The translations under genes and the position numbers were made by a program. Positions 1-10,142 of a DNA stretch of 20,000 nucleotides are shown piece after piece; position 1 is the stretch's first letter, and every line of letters starts with the position of its first letter. The stretch is from Chiloscyllium plagiosum. Its lineage: Eukaryota. The notes below the pieces were generated by a model. That model was not told where the DNA came from. It ran no database searches and saw only the letters and a program-made list of their open reading frames with translations. The stretch lies in assembly GCF_004010195.1 (NCBI RefSeq), contig NC_057749.1, positions 17,430,326 to 17,450,325 on the forward strand, read 5' to 3'.

Positions 1-370
1 AAAGACAGTTAACCACCATCCCACCGACATTCAGCCGGATATCCAAGATGCATTGCAGAAATTCATCATAGATCCTGAGACAACACCTTCCAAACCCATG
101 ACCATTTCCATCTGGAAGGACAAGGGTAGCAGGTAAATGGGAATGCCATCACCTGCAAGTTCCCCTCCACACCACTCACCATTCTGACTTGGAAACATAT
201 CTTCAGTGTCACTTGGTCAAAAATTCTGGAATTCCCTCCTTAATGGCATTGTGGGTCAACCCACAGCAGATGGACTGCCATGAGTCAAGAAGGCAGCTCA
301 CCACCACTTTCTCAAGGGCAGTAAATGCTGGCCAGCTATCGATACCCACATCCCACAAATAATGGGTGGT
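1..370 (+). mobile_element. Decayed 3' end of a CR1/L2-group LINE (same family as 3020-4980, opposite strand)
   Basis: Blocks such as 'cctgcaagttcccctcca', 'aagaaggcagctcaccaccac' and 'aaatgctggccagc...cccacatc' are reverse complements of blocks at ~3600-3620, 3455-3478 and 3037-3066. Boundaries approximate. Confidence 0.75.
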
Positions 371-1123
371 TAATTTGAAAATACATGAATGCTGGAAATA
401 AGAGCCAAAAGTAAAAATTGCAACATCAGGGAGACCACACCTACAATGAATGTGAACAGCATATAAATCAGATTTCAAGCTTGACCAGATATGTACTGGA
501 TTAGTCAAATGCAATTTCACTCTCTGTCTGCTTTATGTCAGAGCACGCAGGTTCTGTCTTGAAATACGCCAGAGGATTGGTGAACCGAGAAATGAATGAA
601 TTAGGAAATTTCAGAATGCAGCCAGGAACTTAGATCAATGAGTTAAGGTTATTAATAGAATGTCCACAAATACACTTTTCACCTGAGAATTTGTGTTCTT
701 AGAGATTTTGCATTGAACTGAAGATTAGCACAAGGGTTGGGCAATTTGAATGATTTTGTATTTTAAAGCTTATCGCTTTGTGAATATAACTGATCTGCTT
801 GAGCAATATGTACAGTAAGCAGTGAATTTGAAATGGAGCTCAGGACATATGCATGTATGTGTAATCTGATTTGATTAATATACCTGATTGACCTGAAATG
901 CCAATCAACACAGGATTCCAAGTTAGAAAATGAACACATTATGCTCAGAATTTCAGGCACAGAGCTTTTTCCCAAAACCGAGAGTGACCTCAGGATTTTA
1001 GATTTCCATAAATGCTGCATTTCACTCTCTTGAAGAGTTGTTTGATGTGCAGATGATCACTGATTCTGTATATCTGTGCAGTGATTTGTTTGATGGTGAT
1101 CTTGATTTTCTCTTCTCCCTCAG

Positions 1124-1353
1124 GTCAGGAACTCATATCTCATAATCTGACCCCACCCAGGAGTCCTGATTTAGGGCTAGAGCGAGGGAAAGAGTTTAAG
1201 GAGAATAAAGAGCCATCACCAAAAGTAAAGCGAAGGAGGAGTGTGAAAATTAGCAACGTGGGCTTGGAGCCCATACAGTGCCAGCACGACGAGTTACAGA
1301 TTATTACCAGTGCCAATGATTTCAAGTGTATGAATGAATTCCTGCAGAAGAAG
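1124..1353 (+). CDS. MYO9A: MYO9A internal exon (tail): (G)QELISHNLTPPRSPDLGLERGKEFKENKEPSPKVKRRRSVKISNVGLEPIQCQHDELQIITSANDFKCMNEFLQKK
   Basis: Polypyrimidine tract + CAG (1121-1123); donor AAG|GTAAGT at 1353/1354; 230 nt. The start could alternatively be 1129 (second CAG) because the upstream exon is outside the window. Confidence 0.88.
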
Positions 1354-1592
1354 GTAAGTGTGAAACTCTACAATCAAATCTAAGGTTCTCATGGACAAAG
1401 CAGCAAAATTGATTCTCAAGGAAACTGGGTGGATGCAACAAGCTGAAAAATAACATCAGAGATTCACATCTGCATAAAATTTATGGAATGAGACGTTTCC
1501 CTATCTACATTGGAGGGCCTCCATTAAATGGGTTTTGGCAAAGACAGCCTATTTCTAACTGGACAGAGGCAGGCTTGGCAGAAATAGAAAAG

Positions 1593-1802
1593 AGGTAAAA
1601 ACAATGACTGCAGATGCTGGAAACCAGATTCTGGATTAGTGGTGCTGGAAGAGCACAGCAGTTCAGGCAGCATCCAAGGAGCAGCGAAATCGATGTTTCG
1701 AGCAAAAGCCCTATTCCTGATGAAGGGCTTTTGCCCAAAACATCGATTTCGAAGATCCTTGGATGCTGCCTGAACTGCTGTGCTCTTCCAGCACCACTAA
1801 TC
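1593..1802. mobile_element. Penelope-derived fold-back mini-element with 14-bp TSD
   Basis: Inverted arms 1629-1712 and 1724-1807 (84 bp, a few mismatches), 11-nt loop. Direct repeat CAGAAATAGAAAAG at 1579-1592 and 1803-1816. Homologous to the Penelope terminus at 9975-10091. Confidence 0.88.
1713..1748 (+). ncRNA. Degenerate minimal hammerhead ribozyme motif
   Basis: ATTC-CTGATGA-A-GGGC-TTTT-GCCC-AAAAC-ATC-GATT. The conserved GAAA is changed to AAAA (1737) and GTC to ATC (1742), both consistent with CpG decay. Confidence 0.7.
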
Positions 1803-2090
1803 CAGAAATAGAAAAGGTTTGCAGTGCACCTTTTATTGTTTATAAGGAAGCTTGTTGCTTGGGGAGAATGAAGAAATCTTTATTTAGTAATTAACCGGTA
1901 TACTTATGTCAGAGTCATGAATGCCAGTGCTTGAGTGTGATTTTGAAAGGGTTCCATTAGTATCCCAAGTAACCTTGTTATGCTCAAAATTTGCAAATTT
2001 TATTTTAACTAAGACTCTTCCTCTGTAAGTTAACGATGTCTTACATTCATACTTAAAGGAATATTTTATCTTTTTGCTTTACCTTTTCAG

Positions 2091-2207
2091 ATCACTGACC
2101 TGGACACTGATGACTGCAAGAAGGATACATTTGTGGATGTTGTTTTTAAGAAATCCCTTAAAGAGTTCCGTTTAAATATATTCAACTCTTATTCGGCAGC
2201 TTTAGCG
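2091..2207 (+). CDS. MYO9A: MYO9A internal exon: ITDLDTDDCKKDTFVDVVFKKSLKEFRLNIFNSYSAALA
   Basis: ttttcAG acceptor at 2090; GCG|GTGAGT donor; 117 nt, phase 0-0; not in the ORF track. Confidence 0.95.
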
Positions 2208-2588
2208 GTGAGTGTAGGTTCAGATCGATGAGGATTTTGACCATATATTGATGGAATGGAAGGTGAAACGAAGCAATCATTGTAAGCTGTAAATTACGTA
2301 ATGAGAACTTTTTACTGTTGCTTTTTGATGATCTAGACTGATTTGTTTTTCTTATCCTGTAGAATTGCCTTCATTCCATCTATAAATTTTTGTTTGAGGG
2401 AGTAGAAAATTATCAAAGCTGCTGCTGAATTATCATCTATTTTCTAGGAGGGAGCAATTTATTCTTAACTTACAATAAATCCAACATATTAAGTTGAAGT
2501 ATCGCACCAAAGATTAAGTGGCAGGGAGGGATAGCATGACCCTAGCTATGATACTCTTTTGTTCAGTGTAATGGTATTTCTGTCACAG

Positions 2589-2777
2589 ATGGACAATGGG
2601 AAGAGCATTCGGTACAAAGATTTGTATGCGCTATTTGAGCAGATTCTGGAGAAGACGATGAGACAGGAGCAACGTGATTGGAATGAGTCTCCGGTCAAAG
2701 TGTGGGTCAACACCTTTAAGGTGTTCCTAGATGAATTTATGATGGAATACAAAATTCTGGAGAATAACACTGGAAAG
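2589..2777 (+). CDS. MYO9A: MYO9A internal exon: MDNGKSIRYKDLYALFEQILEKTMRQEQRDWNESPVKVWVNTFKVFLDEFMMEYKILENNTGK
   Basis: cacAG acceptor at 2588; AAG|GTGAGA donor; 189 nt, phase 0-0. Confidence 0.95.
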
Positions 2778-3019
2778 GTGAGATGTTTAAGATATTTAGC
2801 TCAATTTGTTTGAGATGTACATAGGTAAAAATCCAAGATTTGTAATGTAGGACCACAGATATTGAAATAATAACCACAAAAGTGAGGTAAGTCAAGAAGT
2901 AATTAGATGGCACCAAGTATTAACTTTAAGAGACCATGAGGATGAGCAAGGGGGGAGGGAGAGACGCGAATATAGCAAGCTTTGACCATCTTGAAAAGCA
3001 TGATTGTGAAGGACCTTTG

Positions 3020-4980
3020 TTTTATTCACTCATAACGATGTGGGCATTGGTGGCTGGCCAGCATTTTCTTACCCATCCCTAGTTTTTCCACAGAATTCCT
3101 GCAGTGCAGAGCAGGCCATTTGGCCCATAGAGTCCGCACTGACCCTCCAAAGAGCATCCCACCTGGACCACCCACAACTCCCTACCATGCACCTGTAACC
3201 CTGCATTTCCCATGGCTAATTCATCTAGCCCACATATCCCTGGACACTATGGATCAATTAAGTGTGGCCAATCCACCTGCGCTGCACATCTTTGGACTGT
3301 GCGAGGAAACCGGAGCATCAGGAGGAAACCCAGGCAGACACTTGGCGAATGTGCAAACTCCACACAGACAGTCACCTGAGGTGAAATGGAACACAGGCCC
3401 ATGGTGCTGTGAGGCAGCAGCGCTAACCACTGAGCCACCATACTGCCCCAAGAATGTGGTGATGAGCTGCCTTCTTAAACTGTTGCAGTCCAATGCTGTA
3501 CATTGATTCACAATGCTGTCAGGAAGGGAATTGCAGGATTTTGACCCAGTGTCAGTGAAAGAGTGGCAACATGTTTCCAAATTTGAACGGTAAGTAGCTT
3601 GGAGGGGAACTTGCAGGGGATGGTGTTCCCATATATCTGCTGTCTTTGCCCTTCTAGATGGAAATGGTTATGGATTTGGAAGGTGTTGCCTAAGGATCTT
3701 TGGTGAATTTCTGCAGCACGTCTTGTAGTTACAGCTGCTGCTAAATGTTGATGGTGGAGGGAGTGATTGTTTGTAGATGTGCTGCAACACACTCCTGGCT
3801 AGTGCCTTGTAGATGGTGGACAGGCTTTGGGGAGACAAGAGATGAGTTACTCGCTGCAGATTTCCTAGTTCTGATCAGCTATCTGTATTTGTGAAGAGTC
3901 CAGTTGATTTTCTGGTCAATGCTAACCCCAAGGATGCTGATAGTGGGGAATTCAGTGATGGTAACACCATTGAATGTCAAGGGGCAGTGATGAGATTGTC
4001 TCTTACTGGAGATGATCATTGCCTAGCATTTGTTTGGCGCAAATGTTACTTGCCACTTGTCAACTTAAGCTTGGATGTTGTCCAGATTTTGTTGTATTTG
4101 TTCATGGATTGTTTCAGTATCTGAGGAGTTGCAAATGTTGTTGAAAATGCGTGGGCCAAGGACACTACCCTGAGGAACTCTTGGAGCTGAGATAACTGAC
4201 CTCCAACAGCTGCAATCATCTTCTTATATGTCAGGTATGACTCTAAGCACTGGCAAGTTTGCCCACTGATACCCATTGATTCCAATTTTGCCAGGCCTCC
4301 TTGATGCCTCACTCGGTTGAATGCAACCTTGATGTAGAGGGCATCACTCTCACCTCACTTGTGGAATTTAACCCTTTTGTCCATGTTTGAACCAAGGCTG
4401 CAATGAGGTCAGGAGCTGAGTGGCCCTGATGGAACCCAAACTGAGTGGCCCTGATGGAGCATGTTATTGCTCAGCAAGTGTTGCTTGATAGCACTATTGA
4501 TAACATCTTCCATCACTTTACTGTGGTTGAGAGTAGACTGGTTGGATTTGTCCTGCTTTTTGTGGGACAATTTTCTAGTTGTTGTGTAGATGCTGGTATT
4601 GTAGCTGTATTGGAACAGGAGAGCAACAAGTTCTGGAGTATGAATCTTGAGTATTACTACTACCACAATGTTATCAGGCCCATATCCTTTGCAGTGTCCA
4701 GTGCATTCAACTGTTTCTTGATGTCACATGGAGTGAATTGGGTGAAGACTGTTATCTGTGATGCTGGGGCTACTGGAGGAGGCCAAGATGAATCATTCAC
4801 TTGCCAATTCTGGCTGAAGATTGCTGTGAATGCTTCACCCTTATCTTTTCCACTAACCTGGGCTCTTGTATCATTGAGGATGGTGTGATTTGTGGAACCT
4901 CGGTGAGCTGTTTAATTATCCAGCACCGTTCACAACTTGTGGCAAGAATGCAGAGCTTAGACATGATCCATTGGTACATG
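3020..4980 (-). mobile_element. Decayed CR1/L2-group LINE (RT region to 3' end), interrupted by a SINE
   Basis: Minus-strand fragments KKQDKSN...SKVMEDVINSAIKQHLLSNN and LAKLESMGISGQ...LESYL resemble non-LTR RT; a VPQGSVLG-like coding stretch lies at ~4155-4180; many frameshifts. Boundaries approximate. Confidence 0.8.
3089..3447 (-). mobile_element. tRNA-derived V-SINE (HE1-like), full length ~360 bp
   Basis: Minus strand begins GGCAGTATGGTGGCTCAGTGGTTAGCGCTGCTGCCTCACAGC (tRNA-like A box), followed by the V-domain core TGTGTGGAGTTTGCACATT...GGGTTTCCTCC...GCTCCGGTTTCCTC...CAGTCCAAAGATGTGC and a CR1-like tail ATGGGCCAAATGGCCTG...GAATTCTGTG. Confidence 0.85.
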
Positions 4981-5600
4981 GTAATCAGCAGCAGGCTTTC
5001 TTGGCCCTGTTAAACCTGAAGCCTTGAGACTTCAATGTTAATGACTCTGAGGATAGGTGGGAATTCAAAAAGGCTCTGAAATCATAACTCGATTTCCCTT
5101 AACGGCCTAATTGGCATAGGCACCATTCTATACCATTTTAATCATGTGCTTGTGCTGAGTTAGACGAGATGAACTGTGACGATGTTAATGTGTGTTCTGG
5201 TGAAATCGTCCAGGAATTCTGCTGCTGCTTGCAATCTAGTGGCCCCTCCTATTGATAGTTTTTGAGGACAGGTTTGAACTCATTTGTCATTCTCGTCATG
5301 ATTCTTTAGTCTGCCAACACTGTCTGGACTCTTGCAAGTTGAATTCCTATTTGAAATGCTGTTGGCATCTGTGAAAACAAACCTCGAGTTTAGCTGTTCA
5401 TGAGAGTAGTTTGTGGAAAAGTAAAAGTGATGGAAAGCCCAAGATTGATCAGATTTGTTAATTATATCAGTGAAGTAAGTGTCTAGTTTTACATTCTAGC
5501 TTGTGTGATTCCCTGACTGCCTGTTGCCTAGAAACATGGGTGTGGGTGTATGCATGTGCGGGCACATTCACTCACGTAAGAATCCGACTTTGTTTCACAG

Positions 5601-5648
5601 GCGCAAAAAGTTGAAAGAAAGAAGAGACGGAAGAAAGAAACTGACATT
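5601..5648 (+). CDS. MYO9A: MYO9A small exon: AQKVERKKRRKKETDI (polybasic stretch before the C1 domain)
   Basis: tttgtttcacAG acceptor with a CTCAC branch-like motif at 5571-5575; ATT|GTAAGT donor; 48 nt, phase 0-0. Confidence 0.93.
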
Positions 5649-6639
5649 GTAAGTAATTGAGTATTGTCAGACTCCCAGTCACGTTCTTTGTCTGTTTCAC
5701 CAAACTCTGTGTTCCATTAATCTGTTAATGCACTCCAGTTGCACCTATTTCCAACCTGAGCTAACTGTTGTCCTCCGTATACTTATTCAGGCATCTGAAA
5801 TTATTATTTGCAGGGATTTATTGTACTCTTTAGTAGAATTACCCTTCATACAGCACAACAGGAACTGCACTGTGTTTATGGAGCCTTTTTCTGTATTGTG
5901 CTACCTTATCAATTGACTTATTTCTTGAAAAGCAAAAGCAATAACTGCTCCAAGAAGCTATAATGATAGAAAGTGGGTGACAAAGTTCACTTTGTCTTTG
6001 TAGCATCAAAAACTTGAGTCTAGTTTGAACGATAATGTTATTTTTGAAATATCACATATTTCCAAGTAAATTCAGGACCTCTCTTACTCTCTATACTTTC
6101 TTTAAGCCACCTGGTTCTTTAAACCAGCCCTGTTGAGAGGTATAAGCTATTTAAATACTTTTGAGTAATCAGATCTGCTAATAGTAAAGCTTCAGGTTTC
6201 TAATATTCCTGCTTTGCAGTGATTCCAGCTATACAAAACATTGTGTTTGATATTTACACCATTCCTGTCTTAAGTATATTGTCTCATTTCTAGACTGACA
6301 CCTAGTGTTGACACCCGGTTTGTGACTGAATATATGTCGTGTAAAAAATCCTCATGGACTTATCTCATAACACATTTACCTAGTAATCTTGGACCTTCTA
6401 AATCTGTGTATAATTGTTTATTTGCGTACAGTTCATAAAATGTGAAATACTGTTAAGACAGACTTGAGTGAATGCAAAATACCAGCAATAAATAGTGTTG
6501 CACAGAAATTACCCGACAGCGCAAACGAATTTAATTAAAATTTGTCTCCATTGTTGGTTTTCCATGTCCTATAGTGAGTAACATCCAGTCACACTCATGT
6601 CTTATGTTTGTCATGTACATATGATCATATGTGAAGCTC

Positions 6640-7835
6640 TTTTGTTGGAGGTGGAAGGGAGAAAGAAACTTAGTGAAATTAAAATCATTACAGAAGCAGT
6701 ACCAAGCAAAGCAATGAGTTGTGGACTAGCAAACCTGAATCCAGATGTCCAATATAGGGTATAAGAAGAAGTCACTTGTGGGCAATTAAATGCATTTGTG
6801 GTAATTTTCCAAAATTTCCCAGATTCAGAAAAAGTTCCACCAGACTGTAGAGTAGCAAATATAACCACTGTTCAAAAAGGGAGGGAAGATAACGGGGAAC
6901 CAGAAGCCAGCTAGTTTCACCTCTTTTGTGGGGAAGGTGTCAGAATCATTCATTAGTTAGCTTACAGCTGGACATTTAAAGGTTCTAGACAATTAGGAAG
7001 ATACAACATGGATTTGTAAAAAGGAAATCACGCTTAACCAATTTATTAGACCAATTTATTTAGTGGCCCATGTGCTGGGCATGCACTGAAGACATGTTGT
7101 TTTTGGATTCCAGAAGGCAGTTGTGGAAAATATGTGTTCATAGTGTAGTAGGTAATATATTAGCATTGGTAGAAGATTGGCTGAAAATAGCCCTTGTCTC
7201 ATTGGCACGTTGTCATAATGGAGTCCCGCTGGGGCCTCAGCCTTTTACAGTTTGCATCAATGACTTAAAGGAATTTAACGTAGAAGTAAGGATTTTATGG
7301 TTCATTTTAAGGGTCAATTGTGAGAACCACATCTCAAGCACTGTTTTCATCTCCTTGTTAAAGGAAGGAGCAAATGTATTGGAAGTGGTTCAGAAAAGGT
7401 TCAGAGGATTGCTATCCGGAAGGAGCAGTTGTCTCCTGAGAATAGATTTGACAGGCTAGGCTGGTTTCCACTAGAATTTAGAAGAATGAGATTGAACTTG
7501 ATTGAAGTGTATAAGATCCTGAATAATCATGACAAGGTTGGCATAGAAAGGATGCTTCCTTGTGGGTCATTCCAGATGGGGAGCACTGCGTTTAAATTAG
7601 GGGTCACCTTGTTAGAACCAAGATGAGAACTTCTTTTCTCATAAAAGATTCGGTGACTTGGAATTCTGTCTCAGACATTATAGAAGCCTTGACATTGAAC
7701 ATTTTTAAGGCACAGGCAGATTGTCTTGCCATCAAGAATCTTATCAAAGGTTATCAAGGGTATATGGATATGTGGAAATCAAAACACGTGCAAGGATGTG
7801 CATATGATTGGCCGCCATATGCTCCTATTTCATAT
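6640..7835 (+). mobile_element. Highly decayed CR1 LINE with internal deletions
   Basis: Fragments PPDCRVANITT..KKG, GVPLGPQPFTVCINDL, LEVVQKRF, LEFRRMRLNLIEVYKIL, and a CR1-like 3' tail. Confidence 0.85.
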
Positions 7836-8083
7836 ATTGAATTTGTGTATTTTTATTCTAATTTAATGGTGTGTTCAATTGATGTTGAACTATTAGAAGT
7901 ATGTTTATTTTAATGCTTAAGAGTGTCTATTGTAGTGAAGCATCCCACCATTTGAGTGCAGTAGAAGTACTGGAATTAATTTTCTTTTGAGGTGATGGGA
8001 ATGATACAATTTTTTGAACAGTATTTTATCGCTGTCCCTAAATATTAGAATGATTTTTATGAGCCAGATATATCTGATTACAG

Positions 8084-8195
8084 GTGGAGGAGTACAATGG
8101 TCATATTTTCAAATCTACACAGTACAGTATTCCCACCTACTGTGAATGCTGTTCCTCCCTTATCTGGATGATGGACAGAGCCTGCGTCTGCAAGT
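8084..8195 (+). CDS. MYO9A: MYO9A exon, N-half of C1 zinc finger: VEEYNGHIFKSTQYSIPTYCECCSSLIWMMDRACVCK
   Basis: ttacAG acceptor; T|GTAAGT donor; 112 nt, phase 0-1; H-x12-C-x2-C pattern of C1 domains. Confidence 0.95.
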
Positions 8196-8399
8196 GTAAG
8201 TTCCTACAGATATTGCACCAAAATTGAAGAGCAGACAAAAACTTTTGCTTTCAAGAAATTTTTACTTTTTTAATAAATTCTGTTTCCTCATAGTATGGCT
8301 GTTACTTGTCATATTCCCTCGTCTGCCTTTTTCCTTGAAATATATCTAAATGTCTGTAAGGGGCCATTTGTTCTGTCTACTTCCATAATCTATTATCGA

Positions 8400-9385
8400 A
8401 AGACATAGGAGCAAAGATTAGGTCATTTGGACCTGTTCCACCATTCAGTTAGATCGTGGTTGATCTGATAACTCCCCAACTCCACTTTCCTGCCTTTTTG
8501 CCAAAGCCTTGAATTCTTTACTGATAATAGTGTCTGTCTTAGCCCTGAATATACTTAACAATGCAGCATCTACAACCTCTGCAGTAAAAAAAACTCCACG
8601 GATACACTTTGAGAAAAAAAAAACATTCTTCCTCATCACTGTTTTAAGTGGGTGACCCCTTACTCTGAGGTTATGCTCTTTGGTCCTAAACTCTCCAACA
8701 AAGGGATAAGAAGTCTCCACATCTCCCTGTCAAGCCATCTGAGAATCTTGTATATTTCAATAACATGCCTCTCATTATTTTAAATTCCATTAAGTACATG
8801 CGCAATATACTCCACCTCGCTTCATAAAATTCCTCCCTACATGGTATTAACCTAGTGAACCTCCTCTGGACTGCCTCCAATGTGAATGTCTGTTTGCTTA
8901 GATAAGAGGACCACAACAGTTCACAAAATTCCAGATGTGACCTGACTAGTGTCTTGTACGGTCTCAAACTTTGTCAGACTTCTTTTTACAATCCTTCCAT
9001 TAGGACAACAGTCCATATGCCTTCCCAGTTATCCGCTGAATTTAGATGCTCGCTTTTTGTGATTCATGCACAAAGATTCCCAAATTCCTCTGCAGTCTTT
9101 CTCCACTTAAAGCTCTTCTATTTTTTTCCTGTCCAAGTGGAGAGCCTCACTTTCTCCCTCATTAAACTCCATCTGCCAGGTTTTGACCCAGCCACTTAAT
9201 CTATCTATATCCCTCTATGAAATTTCTCTCTCATTCTTGCCACTTGCGTTCCCACTGATTTTTGTGACATCTGCATACGCAGTGATGGTGCATTCACTTA
9301 TGTCATCCAAATTATTAATATACTTTGTAAATAATCGTGGCCACAGAACTAAACCCTGTTGCACTATTCTTCTGTAGTTACTGGT
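8400..9385 (-). mobile_element. Decayed CR1 LINE (3' portion)
   Basis: Minus-strand YKTLVRSHLEFCELLWSSYL...LEAVQRRFTRLIP, and a 3' tail ending in ctcctatgtct. Confidence 0.88.
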
Positions 9386-9659
9386 TTCATAATACCCTCA
9401 CAGCTAGGTGAAGCAGCTTTACCTGTTGGCTTTTGCCTTGAGAACGTTTAAATATTTATTGTATCCAGTTTTATTTGTATGAATCCATGTGGACTAATGG
9501 GGTAAATATCTTATCGATTGTGGTGATTACAATATTACAACACTTGTGCATTTAAATCAAGCTGGTCAACTGAATTGCATCTTTCAAAATTAACTTCAGA
9601 TAAAAATGTCTTTGCATATGTTGTGTTGTATGTTAGGCTACTTTTCACCTCTCTTTCAG

Positions 9660-9721
9660 TATGTAGGTATGCTTGCCATAGAAAGTGCTGCTTGAAAACT
9701 ACGATCAAATGCTCCAAAAAG
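9660..9721 (+). CDS. MYO9A: MYO9A exon, C-half of C1 domain: (L)CRYACHRKCCLKTTIKCSKK
   Basis: ctctttcAG acceptor; AAG|GTAAGT donor; 62 nt, phase 1-0; completes C-x2-C-x4-H-x2-C-x7-C. Confidence 0.95.
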
Positions 9722-9844
9722 GTAAGTTGTCTTGAATTAGCAGAGCTTCAAATTCTTTTTGAGCAATGCTCTGAGAGTGGCAGCTTTGCAGTTTTAAGCC
9801 ATTCTTGTTTTTCAGACTTTACAAGACAATGTTCACTGAAACAT

Positions 9845-9948
9845 GAGTGAATCAGATGAGTTTTTTTTGACAATTGACAATGGATTCAGGGTCATGATTA
9901 TATTCTTAATTCTAGATTTTTATTAAATTCGAATACCACCATTTGTTG
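9845..9948 (-). mobile_element. Probable SINE fragment
   Basis: 'aatcagatgagttttttttgacaattgacaatggattcagggtcatgatta...ttaattctagatttttattaaattcgaataccacc' resembles a recalled shark SINE consensus; from memory only. Confidence 0.4.
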
Positions 9949-10055
9949 AAATTAGTTGAGACAGTTTTGATTCAGGGAGAAAGTGCGCACTGCAGATGTT
10001 GAGAGTGTGGTGCTAGAAAAGCACAGTCGATCAGGCAGCATCCGAGGAGCAGGAG

Positions 10056-10091
10056 AATCAGCGTTTCAAGCATAAGCCCTTCATCAAGAAT
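10056..10091 (-). ncRNA. Degenerate hammerhead ribozyme motif in the Penelope 3' terminal repeat
   Basis: Minus strand ATTC-TTGATGA-A-GGGC-TTAT-GCTT-GAAAC-GCT-GATT; core C3 and the cleavage triplet are mutated. Confidence 0.7.
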
Positions 10092-10125
10092 GGGGCTTGT
10101 GGGCCAAGGAGGCTGTGAGATAAAT

Positions 10126-10142
10126 GGGGGGGGGGGGGGGGG
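10126..10142 (+). repeat. G17 homopolymer inside the Penelope 3' region
   Basis: 17 consecutive G. Confidence 0.9.

Noticed and set aside
1593..1802. Calling the palindromic elements MITEs or miRNA precursors
   Set aside because: The arms are not terminal (there is a one-sided tail), the TSD is 14 bp, and the sequence is homologous to the Penelope 3' end with a hammerhead. No small-RNA evidence is available.
3400..3447. tRNA gene on the minus strand
   Set aside because: It is the tRNA-derived head of a SINE; the B box is degenerate and it continues into the V-domain.
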